Source: Bdellovibrionia bacterium | GTDB taxonomy: Bacteria > Bdellovibrionota > UBA1018 | Reading direction: 5' to 3' | NCBI GenBank assembly: GCA_045805065.1 | Contig: JBJMMA010000038.1 | Coordinates: 1-11,902 of the forward strand | DNA: 11,902 bases | In this document: positions 1-7,826 of the stretch, piece after piece | Layout of the letters: each line of letters opens with the position of its first letter | Position numbering within the stretch: the stretch's first letter is position 1 | Translations under genes and position numbers: made by a program | The notes under the pieces: model-generated | What the model was told of the DNA's origin: nothing | Seen by the model: only the letters and a program-made list of their open reading frames with translations | Databases searched by the model: none

Positions 1-1
1 G

Positions 2-562
2 AAGAGAGTTCGCAAACTCATCCTGGTTGCGCCCTATGTGATCCGACTCGACCAAGCGCAGCTGGTTCAAAGACTCTGGGCAGGCCAGATTGAGTTGATG
101 AGAGGGATGGGTCTCTTTCCTGGCTCAAGCTTTGAGATCGCCCAGAAATGGTACAATCAGTTTCTCAATCACTACATGCACCATCGTTTCCAAAAGGTCA
201 TTCCAGACGAAACGGTCAGAAAAGCCTGTATTCAGCTCACGTTTGGAATCATGAACTTCAATGCCTTTCCGCTATTCAAATCGCTTCCTGAATCCAGCGT
301 GCATCTGATTTCAGGCGCCCGCGACACCCTTGTGCCTCAAGGGCTTTATTCTGAGGTGTGGTCCAAGCTTCCTCGGAACGCGAAGGCAAGCTGGCTTTGC
401 GTTGAAGACGGGGAGCATCTGCTTTTAGAGCAGTACCCAAACTACCTGGCTTCCTGGATCGAGCGCGTATTAAAAGGCGATCCGAGGGTGATGCAGGGTC
501 AAAAAATTAACGGTCGAGGCTACTCTTTTGAATTTGGCCAGACTGGCGAGTTCAATCTCTAG
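2..562 (+). CDS. Alpha/beta-hydrolase fold protein, 5'-truncated by the window edge
   Basis: The frame is open from base 2 (KRVRKLILVAPYVIRLD...). It shows the RVRKLILVAP strand that follows the nucleophile elbow, the acid motif HLISGARDTLVP and the His motif VEDGEHLLLEQYP. The nucleophile elbow lies upstream of the window. Confidence 0.85.
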   Translation, partial: KRVRKLILVAPYVIRLDQAQLVQRLWAGQIELMRGMGLFPGSSFEIAQKWYNQFLNHYMHHRFQKVIPDETVRKACIQLTFGIMNFNAFPLFKSLPESSVHLISGARDTLVPQGLYSEVWSKLPRNAKASWLCVEDGEHLLLEQYPNYLASWIERVLKGDPRVMQGQKINGRGYSFEFGQTGEFNL

Positions 563-642
563 TTCTTTCATTACATAAAGCTATTTTAGTAGATAAGTTA
601 TAATTCAGACTCCATAAATCAGGGCGTTTTGCCGATCAAAAG

Positions 643-3600
643 ATGATGCGTCCTGCGCTCGTCTTAAAACTGTTCAGCAAAGCGATCTTACCGAGAGGTT
701 TGCTCCTTCTCGCGCTTGCCTTTGCGTCGCTCTCTGCATGGGCGAGTGGTCTATCGCTTTCTCAGCCCTTCGATGCCTTAAAAGAGTTCCCCAACTACTT
801 TCTTCCGAAAGAGTATCGCGGCCGACAGACTTCTGACATCCCAGCCGATGTCATAAAAAAACAGCGTGAACTCCTGGACCAGGCTCTGGGCTCAGTGTTT
901 GAGCGACTCGTCGTGCCTATTGTTCCTGAGGGCGAAAAAGGAATCAGACAAGTTCGTTATTTCCCTTATCTCAGGGAGCGGCTGCTTCGTGTGGATCCTG
1001 GAATGAAGCTCTATGCAAGCGGTGGCGTGGTTCGAACGGCGCTGTCCTATGTCTATGATGAAGTTTTTCAGGCGCTGGAGATGGATCCGAAAAAAGATGC
1101 CGCACAGGTTCTCAAGAAGATCGCCGAGAGCAAGGAAGATTTGCCAGCGATTCGAGTGAGGGGTGTTGGCAGTGACTTTGACATGCTTGTTCAATCTTCC
1201 AATGGACAGACCCACCAGCTTCAAGCACTTGCAACTCAGATTACAAACAGCGCATCTGAAGCAAGCGGCGCGAAACTTTCAAACTATTCCGTACAAAACG
1301 CGTTCTTCACCTTAGGGGACGTTCGAGATTATAATTCCCAGATTGAGCGCTCCACGCGCCAAGGGGGATCGGTCGTCGACTATCTGGCATTTGAGCTTGG
1401 TACAAAGACACTCAAGGAACCGCCCCGCTTTCCAGGTTTAGTGGAAAGGATTGTGTCTGGCCACTACGAGTTTGCGCCTCCGGCTCAGGGAGCCGCACCT
1501 GAGGATCTAGGGGATTCGGTCATTCGTGGAGCTCGAACCTTGTTGGAGTTGCCGTGGCTTAAGCTCGAAAATGAGAAATACTATCGAGAACAGGTGCAGG
1601 CGCTGAACGAGAGTTTGAGTAAGGGCCAGGCGCTTTCAAAGCGCGCCATGGGACAATTTGCCAAGGGTATTCGTAATTCACGCTATTTCGGTGCACATAA
1701 TCGTTTTTATCGCGCAAATTCTGACACGGCTGAAGCAGACATCTTGAAGCTTGCCTCCCGACTTGCGAACGGAAACGTATCGACGCTCCTGCCCGAGTTT
1801 GCTGATGCAAGAAAGATCGAGATTCGATCAGGTGACCGCTCAGAACTCAATGGATTGCCTAAAGAGCTTTTAACTCCGGTGTCCGAGTTCAAGGCAAAGT
1901 ACACGGACAAAGGCGTACTTCATCATGGTACGCCTTCCATCGAGAATGCTCTTGCCATTATGAGGCAAGGTCTTTTCTTGAGTAAGAATGGCCAGGGAAC
2001 AGCACTCTACGGCAGGGGCGTATACTCATCTCCAGATCGCAAAATTTCGGAGGGATATGCGGGTGATAAAGGTATCATCTTTGACCTGCAGATCAAAGAT
2101 GATCCACGCTTGAATATCCTGAACTGGGAAAAAGTCGCGAATCATCCCGCCATTCAGAAGATCAAGAGGGAAGCGGGCAAACAGGGCCGGGATGTCTTTG
2201 AGTACCTCTCGCGCGAGCATGGCATCGATATCATCAAGAACCATCACGTGTTGATTCAGAACTCGGATGCCGTCGCACTTCCTGGCGGACTTAAGGCGAT
2301 TGCTCAATCGATTGCTTATGAGCTTGTTCACGACAAAAAAGTGAATTTGGACAATTTCATGCAGATTCTGCCGCTCAATGATTATCTTGAGCGCATCGGC
2401 GAGAGCTCGCCACTCGATCAGGGCCAATGGCAAAAAGTATATGCATCGCTCACAGATGAGATCGTAACAAAAAGTGGCGGCTCAAAGTCTTTCAAGGCGT
2501 TTTCGAATGATTCGGCAGTGACATTTGTTCGCGATGTCATCCTGACCGGAAAGTTCACTCCTGATCAAAGCACCTTGGTTTCCTTGGCTAAAGCCTTTTT
2601 GGAGGGAGACAAGGAGTCCTACTTTTACAAGGGCACTGAACTGGGAGTAGACCTCATCCGGCTTATCCACGATGGGGCCGATCGTGAACACCTGATTGTG
2701 ACGGCACTGAGTGCCGCAAAGTCAACGGTGCAAGCTAGAGCTTTGTCATTGATTGATTGGGGTACGCCACAGGCTCAGAAATACGATCAAGCTCTCGGGC
2801 AGGCTCTCCTGCGAGGCGACGCTAATGGATTTCTTGACAAGTTGAGCGCAGCTTATAAGAGACCTCCTGATTCTCAGAAAAAGATCTATGACTCCGCAAT
2901 ACAATCTGCTCTTCAATCGATTCGGAAGGACAAAAAGTACGTCCCTTCCAGAGATCTCGCGCTTGTCGGGTTTGTCAGACATGTGATCCTGTCCAAGAAG
3001 TACGTCGCAAATCAAAGTGAAATAGCCGCTTTTGCGTACGCGTTTCTGGAGGGGGATAAAGAGTATTATCACATCGAGGGCAACGAACTCGGGGCGCAGC
3101 TGATTCCATTGATTGAGGATAAAGATGTGCGCGCGGATCTTCTTCAGCGAGCGTTCAGTTCCAAGAAGCATCGGCTCCAATCAGCGGCTCTTGAGATGAT
3201 TGATTGGAGCTCGCCTCAGGTCCGTGAATATGATCAAGTACTTGGGAAGACCCTTCTCTTGGGAGATAGTGAAAGTCAGTCTGAGAAGTTGAAGGCTGCT
3301 TTCCTTAGACCTGCCGAATCCCAGAATAAGATCTTTGAAGTTGCAAACCAGAATGCTCTCCGTCAGATCCGCGAAAACAAGGAATACGTCGCTCCTCAGG
3401 ATGCTGCCCTGGTGAATTTTGCCAAGAAGGTGATCCTTTCCAAAAAGCTGATTCCAAGGCAGAGCGATCTTGTTACTCTGGCTCACGTGTTCCTGGATGG
3501 AGATAAGGAATATTATTTTAACGAAGGGACAGGCTTGGGTGCGCGCCTGATTCCTTTGATCGAAAATCAGGCTGAGCGTGAAAGGCTGATGGAACGTGCG

Positions 3601-5040
3601 TTGAGTTCCAAGAAGCCTCAGCTCCAGCAAGCCGCACTTGAAACGGTTAATTGGGGCGCTCCCCAGGCTCAGGAATATGATCAAGTTCTTGGGAAGACAC
3701 TTCTATTAGGAGACGGCGATGGTCCCTCGGAGAAGTTGAAAGCGACACTACAAAGGCCTGCACAGTCGCAGCAAAAGATCTTTGAGATCGCGACTCAGAA
3801 TGCCTTGCGCGAGATCCGCGAAAACAAGAAATACGCTGCTTATGAGGATGTCGCTCTCGTACAGTTCACGAAGCAAGTGATCCTTTCCAAAAAGCTGATT
3901 CCAAGGCAGAGCGACCTGGTTACTCTGGCTCGCGCGTTCCTGGACGGTGATAAGGAACACTATTTTAAAGAAGGCACGGGTCTGGGTGCGCGCCTGATTC
4001 CTTTGATCGAAGATAAGAATGTGCGTGAGGAACTTCTTGAGCGGTCGTTAAGTTCCAGGAAGTATGACCTCCAGAAGGCCGCCCTTGAAAAAGTCGATTG
4101 GAGTTCACCTCAGGCCCGTGAATACGATCAAGTTCTAGGGAAGACTCTTCTCTTGGGACATAGTGAAAGTCAGTCTGAAAAGTTGAAAGCGACGTTACAA
4201 AGGCCTGCACAATCACAGCAAAAGATCTTTGAGATCGCGACTCAGAATGCCCTGCGCGAAATCCGCGAAAACAAGAAATACTCTGCCCATGAGGATGCGG
4301 CTCTCGTGCAGTTTACGAAGAATGTGATTTTATCCAAAACGCAGGTTCCAAGGCAGAGCGATCTTGTTACTCTGGCTCACGCGTTCCTGGACGGTGATAA
4401 GGAACACTATTTTAAAGAAGGCACGGGTCTGGGTGCGCGCCTGATTCCTTTGATCGAAGATCAGGCTGAGCGTGAAAGTCTCTTGGAACGTGCGTTAAGC
4501 TCCGAGAAGCCTCAGCTCCAGCAAGCCGCACTTGAACAGGTAGATTGGAGCTCGCCTCAGGCCCGTGAATACGATCGCACCCTGGTGAAAAACCTGTTCG
4601 CAGGCGGGAATTGGGATGTCGAAGCGAAAGTCAGACTGATCAAAAAGCAACCTGCTGATGTTCAGCCCGCGCTGTTCAAGGAAGCTTTTGAGGCAAGCTT
4701 GAACAATCCGAATACCAACGAATCCATGGCCCGAGTTTTCCTGGGCGAATTGCAGAAAGCCGGCATCTTTCAGCCTGACTCAAAGCTTTTGGAAGCGATC
4801 ATGGCAAAGCATCTCAGGCCAGGCGACAGGGATTCCGCTCGCGAGAAGGCCCTCCAGGACTTGAAAGAAGCGGTTAACCGTGGTGATGCGTGGGCCATCA
4901 GTGCAGCAAAGTCGTATGTGTCGGATTCCGGCGTGCCTCGATTGGAGAGAAATCGAGTCGCCAAGATGCTGCCATCGCTTAATCTCAAAGCCGATCATTG
5001 CGTGATCATGTATATGAAACGGTTGTTCGGCAAACAATAA
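643..5040 (+). CDS. Large exported multidomain protein: signal peptide, CCA/poly(A)-polymerase-like nucleotidyltransferase, PARP-like ADP-ribosyltransferase, 5 x 149-aa repeats, Cys-containing C-terminal tail
   Basis: 1465-aa ORF with signal peptide ending LSAWA (aa 34). NTase motifs: LYASGGVVRT (aa 123-132), SDFDMLV (aa 177-183) and EDLGDSVIRGAR (aa 287-298, cf. EDPLRILRAxR). ART motifs: LHHGT (H428), LYGRGVYSS (Y461), SEGYA (Y472) and GIDII..HHVLIQN. There is no clear SD, so the start could be 643 or 646. Confidence 0.85.
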   Translation: MMRPALVLKLFSKAILPRGLLLLALAFASLSAWASGLSLSQPFDALKEFPNYFLPKEYRGRQTSDIPADVIKKQRELLDQALGSVFERLVVPIVPEGEKGIRQVRYFPYLRERLLRVDPGMKLYASGGVVRTALSYVYDEVFQALEMDPKKDAAQVLKKIAESKEDLPAIRVRGVGSDFDMLVQSSNGQTHQLQALATQITNSASEASGAKLSNYSVQNAFFTLGDVRDYNSQIERSTRQGGSVVDYLAFELGTKTLKEPPRFPGLVERIVSGHYEFAPPAQGAAPEDLGDSVIRGARTLLELPWLKLENEKYYREQVQALNESLSKGQALSKRAMGQFAKGIRNSRYFGAHNRFYRANSDTAEADILKLASRLANGNVSTLLPEFADARKIEIRSGDRSELNGLPKELLTPVSEFKAKYTDKGVLHHGTPSIENALAIMRQGLFLSKNGQGTALYGRGVYSSPDRKISEGYAGDKGIIFDLQIKDDPRLNILNWEKVANHPAIQKIKREAGKQGRDVFEYLSREHGIDIIKNHHVLIQNSDAVALPGGLKAIAQSIAYELVHDKKVNLDNFMQILPLNDYLERIGESSPLDQGQWQKVYASLTDEIVTKSGGSKSFKAFSNDSAVTFVRDVILTGKFTPDQSTLVSLAKAFLEGDKESYFYKGTELGVDLIRLIHDGADREHLIVTALSAAKSTVQARALSLIDWGTPQAQKYDQALGQALLRGDANGFLDKLSAAYKRPPDSQKKIYDSAIQSALQSIRKDKKYVPSRDLALVGFVRHVILSKKYVANQSEIAAFAYAFLEGDKEYYHIEGNELGAQLIPLIEDKDVRADLLQRAFSSKKHRLQSAALEMIDWSSPQVREYDQVLGKTLLLGDSESQSEKLKAAFLRPAESQNKIFEVANQNALRQIRENKEYVAPQDAALVNFAKKVILSKKLIPRQSDLVTLAHVFLDGDKEYYFNEGTGLGARLIPLIENQAERERLMERALSSKKPQLQQAALETVNWGAPQAQEYDQVLGKTLLLGDGDGPSEKLKATLQRPAQSQQKIFEIATQNALREIRENKKYAAYEDVALVQFTKQVILSKKLIPRQSDLVTLARAFLDGDKEHYFKEGTGLGARLIPLIEDKNVREELLERSLSSRKYDLQKAALEKVDWSSPQAREYDQVLGKTLLLGHSESQSEKLKATLQRPAQSQQKIFEIATQNALREIRENKKYSAHEDAALVQFTKNVILSKTQVPRQSDLVTLAHAFLDGDKEHYFKEGTGLGARLIPLIEDQAERESLLERALSSEKPQLQQAALEQVDWSSPQAREYDRTLVKNLFAGGNWDVEAKVRLIKKQPADVQPALFKEAFEASLNNPNTNESMARVFLGELQKAGIFQPDSKLLEAIMAKHLRPGDRDSAREKALQDLKEAVNRGDAWAISAAKSYVSDSGVPRLERNRVAKMLPSLNLKADHCVIMYMKRLFGKQ
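2506..4710 (+). repeat. Intragenic tandem repeat: 5 units of 447 bp (149 aa), last unit degenerate at its 3' end
   Basis: The Phe codon of FL(E/D)GDKE falls at 2596, 3043, 3490, 3937 and 4384, exactly 447 bp apart. Units start at about 2506, 2953, 3400, 3847 and 4294. Confidence 0.97.
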
Positions 5041-5068
5041 TTTGACGGTCAGCGCTCTACGGCAAGTC

Positions 5069-5096
5069 TAAGATCTCTTTAGTTTAATGCCGATAA
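5069..5096 (+). promoter_or_regulatory. Putative sigma28 (FliA) promoter
   Basis: TAAG-N16-GCCGATAA. The -10 matches the consensus perfectly (TAAA-N15-GCCGATAA), and the -35 context TCTAAGAT.TC is shared with the promoter at 10435-10461. Confidence 0.65.
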
Positions 5097-5107
5097 TGAG
5101 GTGATAG

Positions 5108-5161
5108 AGATCGCTCAAAGCTGATCATTGCGTGAAGGCTTACATTAAGAGACTCTTCTAA
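5108..5161 (+). pseudogene. Orphan 3'-end fragment paralogous to the C-terminus of the 1465-aa protein (RSLKADHCVKAYIKRLF*)
   Basis: 5114-5135 matches 4984-5005 at 21/22 nt. It translates as LKADHCVKAYIKRLF* versus LKADHCVIMYMKRLFGKQ*. In-frame TGA TAG at 5102-5107 precede it and there is no usable start. Confidence 0.75.
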
Positions 5162-5235
5162 GCGCAGTAAGCATCTGCAGGCGCATTTTTCCTCATTTCT
5201 CGTCCGCTTATCACCGAAAAGCAGGTGAGGGAATC

Positions 5236-6663
5236 ATGAGAAAAAGCCTTGTAATCGCAGGACTGTTTGCTGCTTTGAGTTTCACGCTCTTTCAGTCTTA
5301 TGAGCTCAAGCGCCCATGCCTTGAGAAGCCGTGGGGGGCGCCTCAGCGTCTCGAGTATCGCAACCTCTGCTACAACGATGTTCAGGCTTTGTATGGCGTA
5401 AGAAAGCTCGATCAGCGCGCCATCCCTTATATCGAAGAGAAAAGTTATGAGTATCCTGTTCTCATGGGAATGAGCATGTGGGCCACGTCGCTCTTTGCGC
5501 ATGATCATGTGGAGTACTTCAAGGCTAATGTGCCGCTTCTCGCCTTTATGGCGATTCTCTCGCTGGCGGGTCTTTGGGGAGCGATCGGACTGCGCCGCGA
5601 GCTTCTTTGGTTTGCCATTGGAACTCCGACCTTGTTTTACGCCTTTTTGAACTGGGATCTGATTCCGGTTGCTTGCGTCTGTATTGCCATGTGGGCCTGG
5701 TCTCGAGAGCGCATAGCCGCAAGTGGAGCAGCGCTAGGGCTTGGTGTTGCAGCCAAGATTTATCCTGGCTTTCTTCTGCCTTCATTGATGATTGCGCTTT
5801 GGCGGAAGGCGGATCATCAGGAGCAAAGAACGAAGAAAGTGGCTCGCTTGCTCGCAGGATTTTCCGGAGCCTGGCTTGCTGCAAATCTTCCTGTGCTCAT
5901 TGCCGAGTACGCCAAGACAGGCGCTGTCGACGGATGGCTTTCCGTATTCAGCTTTCATGCAAAGCGCGCGTCAGACTTTGGAACCGTCTGGTATTGGTTG
6001 TACCGTTTTTCGACGGATGATTTTCCAACCTATCTTGCGACCTTGCCAGCCATTGTTGCGGGTGCAAGTGCCGCTTGGGTTGCAGCGCAGAAAAGATACG
6101 GCTCGATTCGATTGCCTTTGGCCGCAGCTTTGAGCGTTCTCACAATCACTTTGATGGTTTTCGCTCACATGATCGAAGGGATTGCTTTAGGCGAAGACTT
6201 CCGCGGAATCGTGGATCATTGCTCCGAGTTTCTCTTTGCCTCAGGAACGATCGCTCTTTTGTTTTCGCAATGGAAGCGCGGGAATGATTCATGGGCTACG
6301 GGCGCAGGAATTCTGGCGCTCTATCTCGCAGTCAGCAAGATTCATTCACCACAACATGCGCTTTGGGTTTTGCCTTTGATGCTTTCGGTGCGAGTCCCTT
6401 TGTCTACGCGCGTAGGCTACTTGCTCGGTGACGCTTTCGTATTTGCGGGCGGGTTTACCTGGTTTGCCACGTCTCCTGAAATGCAGTTCAATTTCTGGCA
6501 GGTCGTTTTTATCGCTGGAGTCTTTGTGAGAGCGGGCTTCCTGCTTCGCTTCTCCGCTCAGTGTGCTTTGGGCGCTCCGAGTTTGATGCAAGGCAAGCGC
6601 ACTGAAAAGTTTGCCGGAGAAGTCAGTACGGCTTTAGTTCACGAGACATCGGCTGCCGCTTAA
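5236..6663 (+). CDS. GT-C fold membrane glycosyltransferase, GT87/DUF2029-like (polyprenol-phosphate-sugar dependent)
   Basis: Multi-TM 475-aa protein with motifs LCYNDV..LY, PY....YEYPVL, FLNWDL, LGLGVAAKIYP and SKIHSPQHALW, all typical of the family. SD GAGGGA precedes ATG 5236. Confidence 0.85.
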   Translation: MRKSLVIAGLFAALSFTLFQSYELKRPCLEKPWGAPQRLEYRNLCYNDVQALYGVRKLDQRAIPYIEEKSYEYPVLMGMSMWATSLFAHDHVEYFKANVPLLAFMAILSLAGLWGAIGLRRELLWFAIGTPTLFYAFLNWDLIPVACVCIAMWAWSRERIAASGAALGLGVAAKIYPGFLLPSLMIALWRKADHQEQRTKKVARLLAGFSGAWLAANLPVLIAEYAKTGAVDGWLSVFSFHAKRASDFGTVWYWLYRFSTDDFPTYLATLPAIVAGASAAWVAAQKRYGSIRLPLAAALSVLTITLMVFAHMIEGIALGEDFRGIVDHCSEFLFASGTIALLFSQWKRGNDSWATGAGILALYLAVSKIHSPQHALWVLPLMLSVRVPLSTRVGYLLGDAFVFAGGFTWFATSPEMQFNFWQVVFIAGVFVRAGFLLRFSAQCALGAPSLMQGKRTEKFAGEVSTALVHETSAAA

Positions 6664-6674
6664 GGCTTTAAAAA

Positions 6675-6716
6675 CGGCAAAGGCTGAGCCTCGGAGTGAA
6701 GCTCAGCCTTCTGTCG
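6675..6716. terminator. Intrinsic terminator hairpin between convergent genes
   Basis: AAGGCTGAGC (6680-6689) / GCTCAGCCTT (6701-6710) form a perfect 10-bp stem that can be extended on both sides. On the - strand it is followed by TGCCGTTTTT. Confidence 0.8.
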
Positions 6717-6767
6717 ATCTTATTTTAAGAAGGGAAACCCGGGATCGGATCTTGTCTGTTCTGAAGA

Positions 6768-7673
6768 TCAGTACAGGCAAGATGCGACAGAGCTTCCACC
6801 GCTGGTGGTCGAGCGATCTTCGACTGGTACTTGCGCAGGTGCTGGCTGGGAGTAGGACTCAGAAGAAGAGTTATAGTTCGACTCAGTCATGGAATCTCCG
6901 CATCCGCCGGATGCGCAACCCGATGGGACGCGGTTAACTTCTCCGCTAGCGCTGCCCGTGCTGCTGCTGCGGCTGCTGGAGGAGTTGGATCTGGACTCTT
7001 CGTAGTAGCTCGAGGACGAGGAGCCGCTACCCGAGTTAGACACGACAGCTTTGGACTCGTACGAAGTTCTCACGCCTGCTGGCATGTCGCGAGGGACGGT
7101 GCCTGCGTAGATCTGGGATTTCTTGAGTTCGTTTTCCATGCAGTTGAGCTGAAGGGTTTCTTCGTCAAACTGAGCTTTTCTGGAGCGAACTGCGAGGTCA
7201 CGCTGCTCTTCGCTCTTTCCGCCTCTGAACCAGCTGAAGAGACCGCCGATTGCAGCACCGATTGCGGCGCCAACCAGCGCCATGCCACCCGTGACAACGG
7301 TGAGCGCCGCGCCGGCAACTGCGCCTACAGCTGCGCTGCCAACAGGTTTTTCTGCGAAGGTCTCTGCGTGCTTGAAGCGAAGGTCATTATATTTTTCTTG
7401 AAGGACCTGGTGATCCATTCCCGCGTAAGCTCGACAGGTGTAGTTCTCGGAGTCATCACGAACAATATCCGTTGCTCTGACTTGTCGGCTTTGAATATCG
7501 GTCACAACACGTTGTTGGGGAACCATTACGGTCTCGACGCGCTTGACTGGAACTTGAACGTCGGCACTGCGGTCTTGAAGACGAATGTCAGCCCAGGCGC
7601 GGCTGGAAGCAATGCTCGTCATGGCGATGGAAGTGATCAGGGTAATAGCAATTTGGCGTTGATAGTTTCTCAT
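6768..7673 (-). CDS. Secreted glycine-zipper protein with Ser-rich tail (301 aa), function unknown
   Basis: Start re-assigned to ATG 7673 on the basis of SD AGAGGAG. Signal peptide ends SRAWA. Glycine zipper GSAAVGAVAGAALTVVTGGMALVGAAIGAAIGGLFSWF lies at 7227-7340. The C-terminus is Ser-rich low-complexity sequence ending SCLY. Confidence 0.8.
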   Translation of the reverse strand: MRNYQRQIAITLITSIAMTSIASSRAWADIRLQDRSADVQVPVKRVETVMVPQQRVVTDIQSRQVRATDIVRDDSENYTCRAYAGMDHQVLQEKYNDLRFKHAETFAEKPVGSAAVGAVAGAALTVVTGGMALVGAAIGAAIGGLFSWFRGGKSEEQRDLAVRSRKAQFDEETLQLNCMENELKKSQIYAGTVPRDMPAGVRTSYESKAVVSNSGSGSSSSSYYEESRSNSSSSRSSSTGSASGEVNRVPSGCASGGCGDSMTESNYNSSSESYSQPAPAQVPVEDRSTTSGGSSVASCLY

Positions 7674-7709
7674 AGTTTCTCCTCTAGATTTATCGACACA
7701 CTGAATCAT

Positions 7710-7725
7710 TGCAAGCGAGGGGCCA
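7710..7725 (-). promoter_or_regulatory. Putative sigma54 (-24/-12) promoter of the glycine-zipper gene
   Basis: The - strand reads TGGCCC-CTCGC-TTGCA, matching TGGCAC-N5-TTGCW with exact GG-N10-GC spacing, about 37 nt upstream of the ATG. Confidence 0.7.
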
Positions 7726-7826
7726 GAATGGCCCTTGAGGAAAAACAGGGATTTAGCCGAAAAATCTGCCTAAACTTTGAGCAGGTGAAAAGTAAGGTAT
7801 CTATACACAGAGACTAAATAGCGTGC

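Noticed and set aside
1915..2275. DarT/DarG-type toxin-antitoxin or anti-phage ART system
   Set aside because: There is no macrodomain or ADP-ribosylhydrolase neighbour, and the protein has a signal peptide.
2506..4710. Repeats as CRISPR array, mobile element or DGR template
   Set aside because: They are in-frame 447-bp coding repeats with no spacers. No cas, transposase or reverse transcriptase gene is present.
892..5037. Several - strand ORFs (67-167 aa) inside the large gene
   Set aside because: These are antisense shadows. Their mutual similarity simply mirrors the 447-bp repeats.
5158..6591. Short alternative-frame and antisense ORFs overlapping the GT87 gene; likewise those over the clostripain, lipoprotein and recQ genes
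   Set aside because: They overlap well-supported genes and have no motifs or SD support.
7674..7709. Longer start (7709) for the glycine-zipper ORF
   Set aside because: It lies upstream of the predicted sigma54 TSS. ATG 7673 has the SD.
7690..7716. Additional FliA promoter (GTCGATAA, - strand)
   Set aside because: There is no -35 match and it is too close to the SD. The sigma54 site fits better.
6831..7817. 328-aa + strand ORF
   Set aside because: It is the antisense shadow of the glycine-zipper gene, which has the SD, signal peptide, promoter and terminator. It has no recognisable motifs.
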